Below are positions 1-9,186 of a DNA stretch of 64,000 nucleotides, piece after piece. Origin of the DNA: Thiotrichaceae bacterium (GTDB lineage: Bacteria > Pseudomonadota > Gammaproteobacteria > Beggiatoales > Beggiatoaceae). Numbering within the stretch: the first letter of the stretch is position 1; each line of letters starts with the position of its first letter. The notes under the pieces are model-generated. The model saw only the letters and a list, made by a program, of their open reading frames with translations, did not search any database and was not told the origin of the DNA. The DNA is taken from positions 266,284-330,283 of the forward strand of contig JAQTYU010000001.1 in NCBI GenBank assembly GCA_028688145.1, given 5' to 3'. The translations under genes and the position numbers were made by a program.

Positions 1-144
1 GTTCTGAAAGTATTCAGGACAGTCGTCGTGCTCCACCACCCCCATCACAAGCCGTGATAGTTGCCATTTTAATAACCCTACTCCCATTTCTTGTGTGGCT
101 CATCATACTTTTCATGAATCAAGTTAGAGACTGGTGGTAATTAT

Positions 145-951
145 ATGCTTAAGCATGAAGCAGCACAGAATGCGGGTAATTACACCTTACACGAGCAGGG
201 AGTGAACGTTGAAATTATTCAAATTTTGAGACGCGCAGCAGATGGCATAACTAAACCCTTTATTTGTAAAGGAGAAAATAGTCTTATTTATGTGGTAAAA
301 GGCATTGGCGCAGGAAAACGTAGCCTAATTTGCGAGTGGATTGCAGGGTGTTTAGCACAACAGTTACAGTTGCCGATTGCACCATTCTGTATTGTGGATG
401 TTCCCGAAGAATTATTAGCAAATAATGTTTATGAAGACTCCAAATATTTAGGCATCGGTTTGGCATTTGGATCATTAGAACAAGACCGTGTATCCAAAGT
501 TAAACCAGAAGATATTCAAACAATACCTGAAACATTACAACAAAAAATCTTTGCGTTTGATTGGTGGATTCAGAACATGGATCGTACTTTAACAGAGCAA
601 GGGGGAAATCCTAATCTATTATGGAAGCTTAACATAAACAGTGAATTTGAAAGCAGATTAGTCATGATTGATCACAATTTAGCATTTGATAAACAATTTC
701 ATAAGCAGGACTTTATTAAATCACATATCTTTAAAGCACAAGGGCTTGCGTTACTCTCAGATAAAGCCCTACAAAATGATTACACTCAGCTTTTTTTAAA
801 CGCATTACAATATTGGAATGAGATTTGTACTGGTATTCCCCCCGAATGGTGGTTTAGTGACGCTGAACAAACTGTTTCCGTGGATTTTGACTTAAAAGTC
901 ACCTATGATAAGCTCATGACTTGCCAAGAAAAAATATTTTGGAGTAAATAA
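145..951 (+). CDS. HipA-family (short HipA_2-like) putative Ser/Thr protein kinase
   Basis: 268 aa. C-terminal motifs IQNMDRTLTEQGGNPNLLW and MIDHNLAFD resemble the HipA catalytic-loop (NxDxHxxN) and DxG regions. AT-rich. Stop overlaps the next start as ATGA. Confidence 0.5.
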   Translation: MLKHEAAQNAGNYTLHEQGVNVEIIQILRRAADGITKPFICKGENSLIYVVKGIGAGKRSLICEWIAGCLAQQLQLPIAPFCIVDVPEELLANNVYEDSKYLGIGLAFGSLEQDRVSKVKPEDIQTIPETLQQKIFAFDWWIQNMDRTLTEQGGNPNLLWKLNINSEFESRLVMIDHNLAFDKQFHKQDFIKSHIFKAQGLALLSDKALQNDYTQLFLNALQYWNEICTGIPPEWWFSDAEQTVSVDFDLKVTYDKLMTCQEKIFWSK

Positions 952-1655
952 TGAAAAGAGTTTTGTGTCAGTATGCTGTGGTGCGCTTCATACCTATCAT
1001 GGAGACAGAGGAGTTTATTAATATTGGCATCGTATTATTAGCCCCACAAAAGCATTTTTTTGGTTTTAAGTTGACAGCAAAGATAGCCCCTTTTATCCAC
1101 AAAGAAGCTCGTGATGCCTATCTGTTTGCGAAAGATGAGGTTTTGAAAAAAGAATTTATCAGGGTTAGGCAATTACTGGAAAAATATCATTTAGAAAATC
1201 ATTCTGAAAAAGAATATATAGATTTTTCAAAAATTATCTTTGGTGAGCTTATTCGTCCACAAGAAACAGCCATTCGTTTTAGTGAACAAAAGGTATTACT
1301 GAGCGATAACGTAGAAAATGCTTTAGAACAGCTATTTACTTCTTATGTCGATCGCAATTTTGTAGAAAACGCTGTCGTTTCACGTCGAGTTGGGTATGAC
1401 ATTCGGCATCAGATAGCACAGTGGTATGATGTTGTCTCTTCATATGATCAAGAAGTGGTTCGTATGAAACTCAACATCGCACAGTGGTATGATGTTGCCC
1501 CGTCATGTAATTTTGATAATGGGAAAATAGTTATTGACACTCAGCATCAGACAACACAGGGGTGTAGCGAACACCACACCCCCAACCATTGCAGCCTGAT
1601 TAATGACCCGGAATCATCCAGCTCAAGTAGTATGCTTGAACATAAGCAAGCGTAG
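951..1655 (+). CDS. DUF3037 domain protein with an unusual C-terminal extension
   Basis: N-terminus YAVVRFIPIMETEEFINIGIVLL matches the DUF3037 signature (Y..R..P....E..NIGV.L). Translationally coupled (ATGA) to the upstream HipA-like gene. The C-terminal ~70 aa contain a tandem IAQWYDV repeat and a Ser-run and run into a REP element. Confidence 0.55.
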   Translation: MKRVLCQYAVVRFIPIMETEEFINIGIVLLAPQKHFFGFKLTAKIAPFIHKEARDAYLFAKDEVLKKEFIRVRQLLEKYHLENHSEKEYIDFSKIIFGELIRPQETAIRFSEQKVLLSDNVENALEQLFTSYVDRNFVENAVVSRRVGYDIRHQIAQWYDVVSSYDQEVVRMKLNIAQWYDVAPSCNFDNGKIVIDTQHQTTQGCSEHHTPNHCSLINDPESSSSSSMLEHKQA

Positions 1656-1745
1656 GGTGTATAAGCATCGCGCCATACACCTTACGATTTGAAAAGTTAT
1701 GCAGCATCACAAAGGTGTATGGCGGCTGCGCCTTATACACCCTAC
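1652..1745. repeat. composite palindromic repeat (TAGGGTGTATNAGC...GCGNCATACACCTTA, two inverted units), family F4
   Basis: 1652-1685 and 1712-1745 are hairpin units and inverted copies of each other. A near-identical composite lies at 41994-42070, just after the mutL stop. Confidence 0.7.
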
Positions 1746-1782
1746 ATTTGTTAGCTTACTAAGGGGCGCAGCAAATCAACTT

Positions 1783-2796
1783 CTAAGGCGTGGGCTGTTG
1801 TTGAGTAATGCAGTGAATACAACCGCCGCCATAAATAATATCCATCCCATTCACGCCAACCACTTCATAACTTGGGAAGGCTTTGCGCAAAGTTTCCAGC
1901 GCGACTTCATCCATCGGATCATCGAACACAGGCACGACAATACCGCCGTTCGCAATGTAGAAATTAATATAAGACATCGCCAAACGTTCGCCAAACGCAT
2001 CACGCCGCGCAGGCTGTTCAATTTCAATGATTTCAAACTTGCGCCCTTGGGCATCAATTTCCGCACGCAAACGGCTTAAATTATCCTGCAACGCTTTGTA
2101 ATTACTGTCTTCAGGGTCATTGGTAGTAATCGCGAGCACGGTGCCGGGTTTTGAAAAACAGGCGATATTATCCACATGCCCATCGGTTTCATCATCTTGC
2201 AAACCATTACCCAGCCACACGATTTTTTGCACGCCCAAATAATCGCGTAAATTCGCTTCGATTTGTTCGCGGCTTAAATGCGGATTACGGTTGGGATTTA
2301 ATAAACATTCTTCAGACGTTAATAACGTGCCTTCGCCATCGGTATGAATCGAACCGCCTTCTAAAATGAAAGGCGCGGCAAAACGGCGAATTTGCGTGGC
2401 AGTTAAAATGCCTTCGGCAAGTTTGGCATCGGCGTGATAATCCGCATAATTGCCGCCCCATGCGTTAAATTGCCAATCCACCCCCGCAATATTGCCCTTG
2501 CCGTCAATCACGAAAGTCGGCGCAGTGTCGCGTGTCCAAGAATCGCTCAAAGGCAGGGCTAATAATTCAATTTTGTCCCCAAATAATTCACGTGCATGTG
2601 GCATTTCTTCAGGCGGCACAACCACGGTGACTGGCTCAAAACGCGCAATCGCATGAGCCACGCGCACAAAAGCCGCACGGGCGACTTCTAAACCAAATTT
2701 CCAACTGTCGGGGTGGCAAGGATACGCCATCCAGCAACGGGTGTGAGGATGCCATTCTGGGGGCATGTAATAATTTTCGCTTGCAGGCGTACTCAT
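1783..2796 (-). CDS. aguA: agmatine deiminase
   Basis: N-terminal MPPEWHPH motif, GGNYADY motif, C-terminal GGGCIHCITQQ with catalytic Cys. Start chosen at the ATG preceded by AAAGGA (MSTPAS...). The track ORF extends to 2820. Confidence 0.85.
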   Translation of the reverse strand: MSTPASENYYMPPEWHPHTRCWMAYPCHPDSWKFGLEVARAAFVRVAHAIARFEPVTVVVPPEEMPHARELFGDKIELLALPLSDSWTRDTAPTFVIDGKGNIAGVDWQFNAWGGNYADYHADAKLAEGILTATQIRRFAAPFILEGGSIHTDGEGTLLTSEECLLNPNRNPHLSREQIEANLRDYLGVQKIVWLGNGLQDDETDGHVDNIACFSKPGTVLAITTNDPEDSNYKALQDNLSRLRAEIDAQGRKFEIIEIEQPARRDAFGERLAMSYINFYIANGGIVVPVFDDPMDEVALETLRKAFPSYEVVGVNGMDIIYGGGCIHCITQQQPTP

Positions 2797-2890
2797 AAAA
2801 AATCCTTTATGCGTCGGCAATAATTTAAGTGTGAAATGATAGTGCTGTAGTTTAACAAGTAAATGGGTAAGTTTTGTGACGGATTGTTTA

Positions 2891-2931
2891 CTGCGCCCCC
2901 AACCCCCTAAAGGGGGAGGGCTGCGTCAAAG
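2891..2931. repeat. GC-rich palindromic REP-like element (CTGCGCCCC...CCCCCTAAAGGGGG...), family F1
   Basis: Hairpin-forming. Its last 16 nt (2916-2931 GAGGGCTGCGTCAAAG) are the exact reverse complement of 3820-3835, so the two bracket the ISAs1 remnant. Confidence 0.7.
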
Positions 2932-2986
2932 ATTTAAATCACGTTTTTAAATAAGCAGTTAAAGTAGATATTATTGTAACTCCCTC

Positions 2987-3660
2987 TTATACAAACACTT
3001 TGCTTAAGAGGGAGGACTGGCTAATCAGACCCATCAGGGTTTCAACCCCTGCACACATTTTCATGATTCCCTCAGTCACAGAACTTACCCCTGCAAACCT
3101 CAATAAGTTTAACCCAATACTCCGTAAAATACCCATCACCAAGGCTGAATTCGGTTTAGAGATTGCGCAGCTATCTTCTTTCAAAACAATATCCTTTACC
3201 CAGTGTAAGTTGTTCTCTATCCGCCTTGTATCCACTTTCCAAACATATAAGCACTCGCCTTCTCACTACTGAACTATCACTCTTGACCTGCTTTTTCCCA
3301 TGTGAACCTTCGCGATGGACTAAAACCAAACTACGTAAACCTGCTTATTTTTTACTATCAACTCTAGTGTTTTTGTGGAGTGCGTCTAAAGTAAATATAG
3401 CTTTCTCTACTTCAAACAAACTTAGTAAGGCTTGAACTTGATGAATCTCGCTCTGTTTGTTGTTTTCCAAAGTCCCAACCCGTAACATCAGATGAGTTTG
3501 ATGCCCAAAGAAACTCACTAAACTTGCAAAGTTCTGTTGCGAATCATGACAATGACTGACGGTGCTATTAATGCTTTTTCCATCAATGGCGATAAGCTCT
3601 GGCTTATAATGATTCAACATCCATTGATTAAATGCCTCACATAACTCTTGAACATCAAGA
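2987..3660 (-). mobile_element. degenerate ISAs1-family IS copy (transposase pseudogene, frameshifted)
   Basis: ORF fragments 3345-3620 (LIAIDGKSINSTVSHCHD...) and 2987-3235 (ENNLHWVKDIVLKEDSCAISK...) match the ISAs1/H-repeat transposase middle and C-terminus. Split over several frames. About 80% identical to a second copy at 49890-50760. Confidence 0.7.
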
Positions 3661-3819
3661 CGATTACTGAGCCTTAGGAAGGTTGACGAATACCTTTGGC
3701 TTTACGAGAGTCGCTCAGTGTATTTAGATATGGGATTAAACTATTCATCTCTTATCAGGATAATCAATTAGTTAAAGATTATCTCTGTTTAACTGCATAT
3801 TATACCTAATCTTTAGCTT

Positions 3820-3855
3820 CTTTGACGCAGCCCTCCCCTGAAGGGGGCTAAACAC
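3820..3855. repeat. GC-rich palindromic REP-like element, family F1
   Basis: CTTTGACGCAGCCCTCCCCTGAAGGGGGCTAAAC. Inverted partner of 2891-2931. Confidence 0.7.
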
Positions 3856-4057
3856 AAAAATTAAACATGCTGCCAATTTTTGGTGGGCAATGTCCACCCT
3901 ACCGATTTTAAATTCCTAGAACCTAATCAAAATCACTAAGGTATTAGCGATAATCTGAAAATAGTTTAAACTATTCCCTCACGCTAGCAGTAACCAACAA
4001 TTCGTATTGTTCTAAACAACGCTTATCCCCTCTCGTTTTATTCGCAATGGTCTTATC

Positions 4058-5023
4058 ATGGCACGACAAACAGTCACCTTATCGCTTATTGAAGATTCTC
4101 CTGTTGAACTTCCTGAAGAAGTGCAACGCACTGGCTTAGAAACCAGCAAAATTTTATGGCAATCGGCAAAGGCGGTTGCACAACAAGAAGTGGATAAAAT
4201 TAAACAACGTTATCAACAGCAAGAAGCTGACATTTTAAAACAACAGCAAATTGCGGTGGATCAATTGGCACAAGCCAAAGCGGAAATCCTTACGCTGCGG
4301 GCAACGGTGGATAATCTGACACGCGAAAATAAATCCTTGCATGTGGATAATGACCGTCAAACCGCAGAACTGCGCAGTGCACACGATCACGTTGCCCGTT
4401 TGGAAGAAAAACAATTACAACACGAACATGAGATTAAAAATCTCAGTGAAGAACTGGGACGCTCTCGTGAAAGCAATGAACAAGTCAGCAAAAAAGTTTT
4501 TGAAATCAATCGTCAAGCAGAGCAAGATCAAAATAGTTTGCGCGAATTACAAGCGGAAGCCAGCTTAAACCACAGTACCCGTGAGCGTCTGGAAAAGAGC
4601 TTGAAACTTGCCTTGGATGAATCTGAACAAGCCTCTAAACAACTGCGTGTCGAACAAAGTAAAGTGGCAGTTGCAGAAGCGATTACCCTAGAATTGCGTG
4701 AACTTAGTAAGCGTTTAGATGTTGAAATCAAAACTTTGCGCGAAGAAAAACATGAAGTGAAAGCTTCATTAGAAGCTGAAATTAAACTGCGTGCCGAGCT
4801 TGAAAAGAAACTCGCGATTCAAAACACCCGCAGTGATGGACAAGAAGCCGCGCATCGCGAGATGTTGAACAAATTGGAGCAAGATTTAAATGCCACCAAG
4901 GCAGAAACCACGATGTTGCGCACGCGCTTAATTAAATCCGAAGGCGCGTTGGAGCGCGAAAAGAAAGCGATTGAACGGCTTGAAACCAAGCTGGTGGCAT
5001 CTGGCAGCGGTGCGAAGTTTTAA
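4058..5023 (+). CDS. coiled-coil protein (KfrA-like / hypothetical)
   Basis: 321 aa. Highly charged heptad-rich sequence (E/K/Q/L rich) throughout, no catalytic motifs. Stop abuts the rsmI GTG start. Confidence 0.45.
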   Translation: MARQTVTLSLIEDSPVELPEEVQRTGLETSKILWQSAKAVAQQEVDKIKQRYQQQEADILKQQQIAVDQLAQAKAEILTLRATVDNLTRENKSLHVDNDRQTAELRSAHDHVARLEEKQLQHEHEIKNLSEELGRSRESNEQVSKKVFEINRQAEQDQNSLRELQAEASLNHSTRERLEKSLKLALDESEQASKQLRVEQSKVAVAEAITLELRELSKRLDVEIKTLREEKHEVKASLEAEIKLRAELEKKLAIQNTRSDGQEAAHREMLNKLEQDLNATKAETTMLRTRLIKSEGALEREKKAIERLETKLVASGSGAKF

Positions 5024-5869
5024 GTGGCACTCGGAACGCTTTATGTTGTCGCAACCCCGATTGGGAATTTGCAGGATTTCAGCCCGCGCGCCCAACAAAC
5101 TTTAGCCAAAGTGAATTGGATTGCCGCTGAAGACACTCGTCACAGCCGCACTTTACTGCAACATTTCGGGCTGAACACGCCTTTAATCGCACTGCATGAA
5201 CACAATGAGCAAGCCGCCAGCGCGAGTTTATTAACCCGATTGTTGGCGGGCGAGTCGGGCGCATTGATCAGTGATGCGGGTACGCCGCTGATCAGTGACC
5301 CCGGTTTTTTATTTATCCAAACCGTGCACGCGCATCAAATTCCCGTCGTGCCCATTCCCGGCGCGAGTGCGGTGATTAGCGCGTTATCGGTTGCAGGTTT
5401 TCCTGCGGATAAGTTTAATTTTGAAGGTTTTTTACCCGCAAAATCTCATGCGCGCCGCGAATGTTTGCAAAATCTCGCCACCGTTACCCGCACGCTGGTG
5501 TTTTATGAAGCCCCGCATCGAATTGTGGAAACTTTGGAAGACATGGCGGAAATTTTCGGGGAAACTCGTCAAGCAACTTTGGTGAAAGAATTGACCAAGG
5601 TTTATGAAACCGTGTTGCACGCGTCTTTGCCCGAAATCATTAGCTGGCTCACCGCAAAAACCGAACGCCAAAAGGGTGAATTTGTGATTGTGGTTGCCGC
5701 CGCACCGCCACCTGATATTCAAGAAATTTCGCCCGAAGCTCAGCGCATTTTAAAATTGTTGCGTGAAGCCATGCCTTTGAAACAAGCCGCAAAATTGACC
5801 AGCGAAATTACAGGACTGAGTAAAAATAGTTTGTATAGTTTGGCGTTGGCGCAGGAAAAGGATGTTTAG
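5024..5869 (+). CDS. rsmI: 16S rRNA (cytidine1402-2'-O)-methyltransferase
   Basis: N-terminus LYVVATPIGNLQDFSPRA and the tetrapyrrole-methylase-like fold motifs typical of RsmI. GTG start directly after the upstream stop. Confidence 0.88.
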   Translation: MALGTLYVVATPIGNLQDFSPRAQQTLAKVNWIAAEDTRHSRTLLQHFGLNTPLIALHEHNEQAASASLLTRLLAGESGALISDAGTPLISDPGFLFIQTVHAHQIPVVPIPGASAVISALSVAGFPADKFNFEGFLPAKSHARRECLQNLATVTRTLVFYEAPHRIVETLEDMAEIFGETRQATLVKELTKVYETVLHASLPEIISWLTAKTERQKGEFVIVVAAAPPPDIQEISPEAQRILKLLREAMPLKQAAKLTSEITGLSKNSLYSLALAQEKDV

Positions 5870-5880
5870 ATTAAAACAAG

Positions 5881-5958
5881 CCCCTAAATCCCCTAAAGGG
5901 GACTTCAAACATTAAAAATTGGTTTATGTTTAGCCCCCTTCAGGGGGTTGGGGCACAG
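5881..5958. repeat. two F1-family palindromic elements (CCCCTAAATCCCCTAAAGGGGAC; GTTTAGCCCCCTTCAGGGGGTTGGGGCACAG)
   Basis: Same motif family as 2891-2931 and 3820-3855. Sits downstream of the rsmI stop and may act as a terminator hairpin. Confidence 0.65.
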
Positions 5959-5994
5959 TAAGGAGAGTTAGATTATTATGGAGATAATACACAG

Positions 5995-6642
5995 ATGAAT
6001 ATTAATAAACGTTTACGCATTGCCGAAGAAAAATTTCAAATCGGTTTAGACGCGCTGGAAGCGGGTAATTGTCAGTTGGCGGTGAATGAATTATTAGAAG
6101 CGGCTGAATTATTTCGGGTGATTAAAGAAAGAGAACAAGCTTATGCAGGCTGCCTGATTAATGCGGCAAATGGCTTGCAAGAATTAGGTGACGATGCTAA
6201 GGCAATTGTGTTACTTGAAAAATCAATCACGATTTTAAAGAAAGCTTTTGGTCATGATTATGTAGATATTGCGATCAGTCTCAATAATCTTGCTAATATT
6301 TATGATGAAAAAGGCGATTATGCGAAGTCTTGGCAATTGAACGAAAGAGCGTTGGCAATTCAAGAAAAGCATTTAGGCGTAGATCATCCCGAAGTGGCTT
6401 ATAGTTTAAGCGCGTTGGCAGACACCGCCAAAGTACAGGCAAAGCATGAAGTTGCGATTCCTTTGTATGAACGTGCTTTAGTGATTTGGGAAAGCACCTT
6501 AGGCAGTGAACATCCTGATTTAGCAGAGCTTTTGGAAATGCTGGCCGATTGTTACGAAGCCCAGAATTTTGCGGAAAAAGTGATTCCCTTGCGTAAGCGT
6601 GTGGCTGTGCTGCGAGCAAGTGAAAATAGCGAAGCCGAATAG
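5995..6642 (+). CDS. tetratricopeptide (TPR_10/12-type) repeat protein
   Basis: Repeating A..LNNLA.IY...G.Y..A..L.ERAL.I units, kinesin-light-chain-like TPR. Confidence 0.7.
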   Translation: MNINKRLRIAEEKFQIGLDALEAGNCQLAVNELLEAAELFRVIKEREQAYAGCLINAANGLQELGDDAKAIVLLEKSITILKKAFGHDYVDIAISLNNLANIYDEKGDYAKSWQLNERALAIQEKHLGVDHPEVAYSLSALADTAKVQAKHEVAIPLYERALVIWESTLGSEHPDLAELLEMLADCYEAQNFAEKVIPLRKRVAVLRASENSEAE

Positions 6643-6656
6643 CTTGTGTCATATTG

Positions 6657-6684
6657 CTGCGCCCCAATTTCTTAAGGGGCGCAG
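6657..6684. repeat. F1-family palindrome CTGCGCCCCAATTTCTTAAGGGGCGCAG
   Basis: Perfect 9-bp inverted arms. After the TPR gene stop. Confidence 0.65.
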
Positions 6685-6855
6685 TAAATCTGAATAGGTT
6701 TTAATGTCCTCATGCAAGAAAATTGCATGTTTTTTATTGCCAAAATAACCATGATAATGACATTGTTAATATGGGCGATATTGTATAGAATCTATCTAAT
6801 CCCGAATTATCATAATTCCAATAGTTTACAAAAAAATAATAAGAGGGGGCCTCAC

Positions 6856-7455
6856 ATGAAAGCGACAGATTTTAACCTTTCCAAAGAACTCAATTTCAAT
6901 TTTGAGGGCGGTATCACCAGCTTTCGCGACACCCGACTGTTGCTATTAGACAGCAATGCCTTTGGTTTATTACGCCAAGAGATGATTAATATCTTAGGGA
7001 TTGAAAGAACCCGCAATTTATTTATCCGTTTTGGTTATCAGCAGGGTTATGCCGATTTCATGCAGCTCAAATTAGGCTATGAATTCGATAACGAATTAGA
7101 GTTGTTGAGCGTGGGACCTTTAGTGCATACCTGGGAAGGCATTGTGAAAGCTGTGCCCGATGAAATATATTATGACCGCAATGCAGGGAGCTTTTTTCTG
7201 TCTGCCGCCTGTTTCAATTGTTATGAAGCGGAACAACATTTGAGTTTTAATGAATGCGCCCATGACCCCGTGTGCTGGTCGATGGTGGGTTATGCTTCGG
7301 GTTGGTGTAGCGGATTTTTTGGTTCAAAAGTGATTGCTATTGAACAAAGCTGTGTGGGTAAGGGAGATGAATGTTGCTATGTTCATGTGAAACCTGCGGC
7401 AACTTGGGAAAGGGAAATCGTGAAGCCGTATTTAAACGCCTTGGCTGATCTTTGA
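6856..7455 (+). CDS. stand-alone XylR_N/V4R (4-vinyl reductase-type) sensor-domain protein
   Basis: LRQEMINILGIERTRNLFIRFGYQQGYADF resembles the XylR/DmpR N-terminal activator domain, followed by a Cys-rich V4R-like region. Start chosen at the ATG with the AGAGGGGG RBS. The track ORF starts at 6712. Confidence 0.55.
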   Translation: MKATDFNLSKELNFNFEGGITSFRDTRLLLLDSNAFGLLRQEMINILGIERTRNLFIRFGYQQGYADFMQLKLGYEFDNELELLSVGPLVHTWEGIVKAVPDEIYYDRNAGSFFLSAACFNCYEAEQHLSFNECAHDPVCWSMVGYASGWCSGFFGSKVIAIEQSCVGKGDECCYVHVKPAATWEREIVKPYLNALADL

Positions 7456-7551
7456 AAATAGCGGGGGAAGCAGTTTAAACAGGAAGCGTTTGATGCAGCG
7501 TCTGAACCAGCATCATTTCTGATTCAGACTGTGGATTTGCAGGAGAATTAA

Positions 7552-9057
7552 CTAATTGGAAAAGTGGCTTGCAAGCTTAAGCGGCGTTTTAGCAGTTTCG
7601 TTGCTGGCAGCTGTAACTTTACTAGGCACTTGTAACACTTCGCCGATTTTCAGACCGCGCGTATTCAAAGCCTGATTCAGGGAACGTAAATATTCCACCG
7701 TGGTTCCATGACGTTGTGCAATGCTCGCCAAAGTATCACCGCGTGATACACGATATTGACGCAGCACCTTGGCAGTGTTGACTTTCAATAAGTTCTTAGC
7801 ATCAGCATTGCTTGCGACAGTATTGTTATCTTCAGGCAAGGCTTTAATATCCTCATCTTTATCCGCTGCCACTTCCGCCACAACTTGCGCTTTCACGGAA
7901 CTGGAAACCAATTGCTCTGCGGATAAATCTGCTAAACGACGTTTAAAATCATCTGCTTTATCAATCGGTAAGGCAATTCCAAACGGACCTTCAGGCGCGG
8001 TAATCGAACGGCGATAACCGGGATTTAAACGTTTCAAATCCAGTGGCGACAAACCCGCCAAACGTGCGGCAACGGTCAAATCAATTTGTGAACCAATTTC
8101 AATATGTTCAATTTGGGGCGAGTCTGCAATCGAACGCAAGCTAATCCCGTATTGATGCGGTTTAGCAATAATCGTAGAAATTGCCAATAAGCTTGGGATG
8201 TAATTGCGGGTTTCTGCGGGCAAATCCAAGGACCAGAAATCAGTCGGTCTACCTGCGCTACGATTACGCTCAATCGCTTTCCGAATATTGCCTTCCCCGA
8301 AATTGTACGCCGCCAACGCGGTGAACCAATCGCCATTAAATTCTTGATGCAGTTTTTGCAAATAATCCAAAGCTGCTGAAGTGGAAGCCACCACATCACG
8401 CCGTCCGTCATACCAAGAATCGAGTTGTAAACCGAAGTTACGCGCAGTCCCTGGGGTAAATTGCCAAATGCCTGCGGCACGTTTTGGGGACAAGGCACCG
8501 GGTTCAAACGCACTTTCAATCGCGGGTAACAGCGCGATTTCTAAAGGCATTCCCCGTTGTTCGATTTCTTCAACGATATGATATAAGAAAGGGCTGGCAC
8601 GGTTGGAAATATCACGGAAATAGCTGGGGGCGCGCACAAAGCGTTCAATAGCACGGCGAATTTGCCCATTGTCTTCAGTCGGGGCTTTTAAAGCATAACC
8701 TTCCCGAATCCGTGTCCATAAATCCTGTTTGTCATCATTGGTATCTAAACTGGCAGCAAACTTTTCCACAGAAAGTTGTTTTCTAACGACTGTTTGCACG
8801 CGGGATTTTTTAGCTTTCGCTTGTTTGGTGGTCGCTTTTTTAGCGGCACTTCTACGGGCTTTTCTCGAAGACTTTTTCTTCGTAGCGGGTGCGAGTTGTG
8901 CAGTTTTTGCAAGTGGTGGTGCAACAACCGCAACAGGCGGTGTGGCACTGACTGCCATTGGGGCAGTGTTTTCAGTTTCTGCATCGGGCAGACTGGCACA
9001 GGCAGTCAAACTGAGTAGTGCACAAGAGATAAGAGTCTGTTTACTGATTATGTTCAT
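7552..9057 (-). CDS. mltD: membrane-bound lytic murein transglycosylase D (SLT domain + C-terminal LysM)
   Basis: Lipoprotein signal LISCALLSLTACAS. SLT catalytic region ES..FEPGALSP.RAAGIWQF. C-terminal LysM (VSRGDTLASIAQRHGTTV...). Start at the ATG with the AAGGA RBS. Confidence 0.85.
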   Translation of the reverse strand: MNIISKQTLISCALLSLTACASLPDAETENTAPMAVSATPPVAVVAPPLAKTAQLAPATKKKSSRKARRSAAKKATTKQAKAKKSRVQTVVRKQLSVEKFAASLDTNDDKQDLWTRIREGYALKAPTEDNGQIRRAIERFVRAPSYFRDISNRASPFLYHIVEEIEQRGMPLEIALLPAIESAFEPGALSPKRAAGIWQFTPGTARNFGLQLDSWYDGRRDVVASTSAALDYLQKLHQEFNGDWFTALAAYNFGEGNIRKAIERNRSAGRPTDFWSLDLPAETRNYIPSLLAISTIIAKPHQYGISLRSIADSPQIEHIEIGSQIDLTVAARLAGLSPLDLKRLNPGYRRSITAPEGPFGIALPIDKADDFKRRLADLSAEQLVSSSVKAQVVAEVAADKDEDIKALPEDNNTVASNADAKNLLKVNTAKVLRQYRVSRGDTLASIAQRHGTTVEYLRSLNQALNTRGLKIGEVLQVPSKVTAASNETAKTPLKLASHFSN

Positions 9058-9186
9058 GGGTTCAATCCTTAGCAATTTTACTATTTAAATCAACCGTTAA
9101 GCGGCTGGTATTCAAGTGAAATCTGCTAATGTAAATTAGCAAGCGGACTGAACATAAAAATTAAATTATTCATAATAGTACGACAC

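Noticed and set aside
1699-2079. 126-aa + strand ORF
   Set aside because: It lies antisense inside the well-supported agmatine deiminase gene and begins within the F4 repeat.
5978-5998. 6-codon mini-ORF (MEIIHR) overlapping the TPR gene start as AGATGA
   Set aside because: It is too short to evaluate. The TAAGGAG in front of it may simply be the RBS region for the TPR gene.
6712-6855. N-terminal TM-helix extension of the V4R protein from ATG 6727
   Set aside because: The downstream ATG at 6856 has a much stronger RBS (AGAGGGGG), and V4R/XylR_N proteins are soluble.
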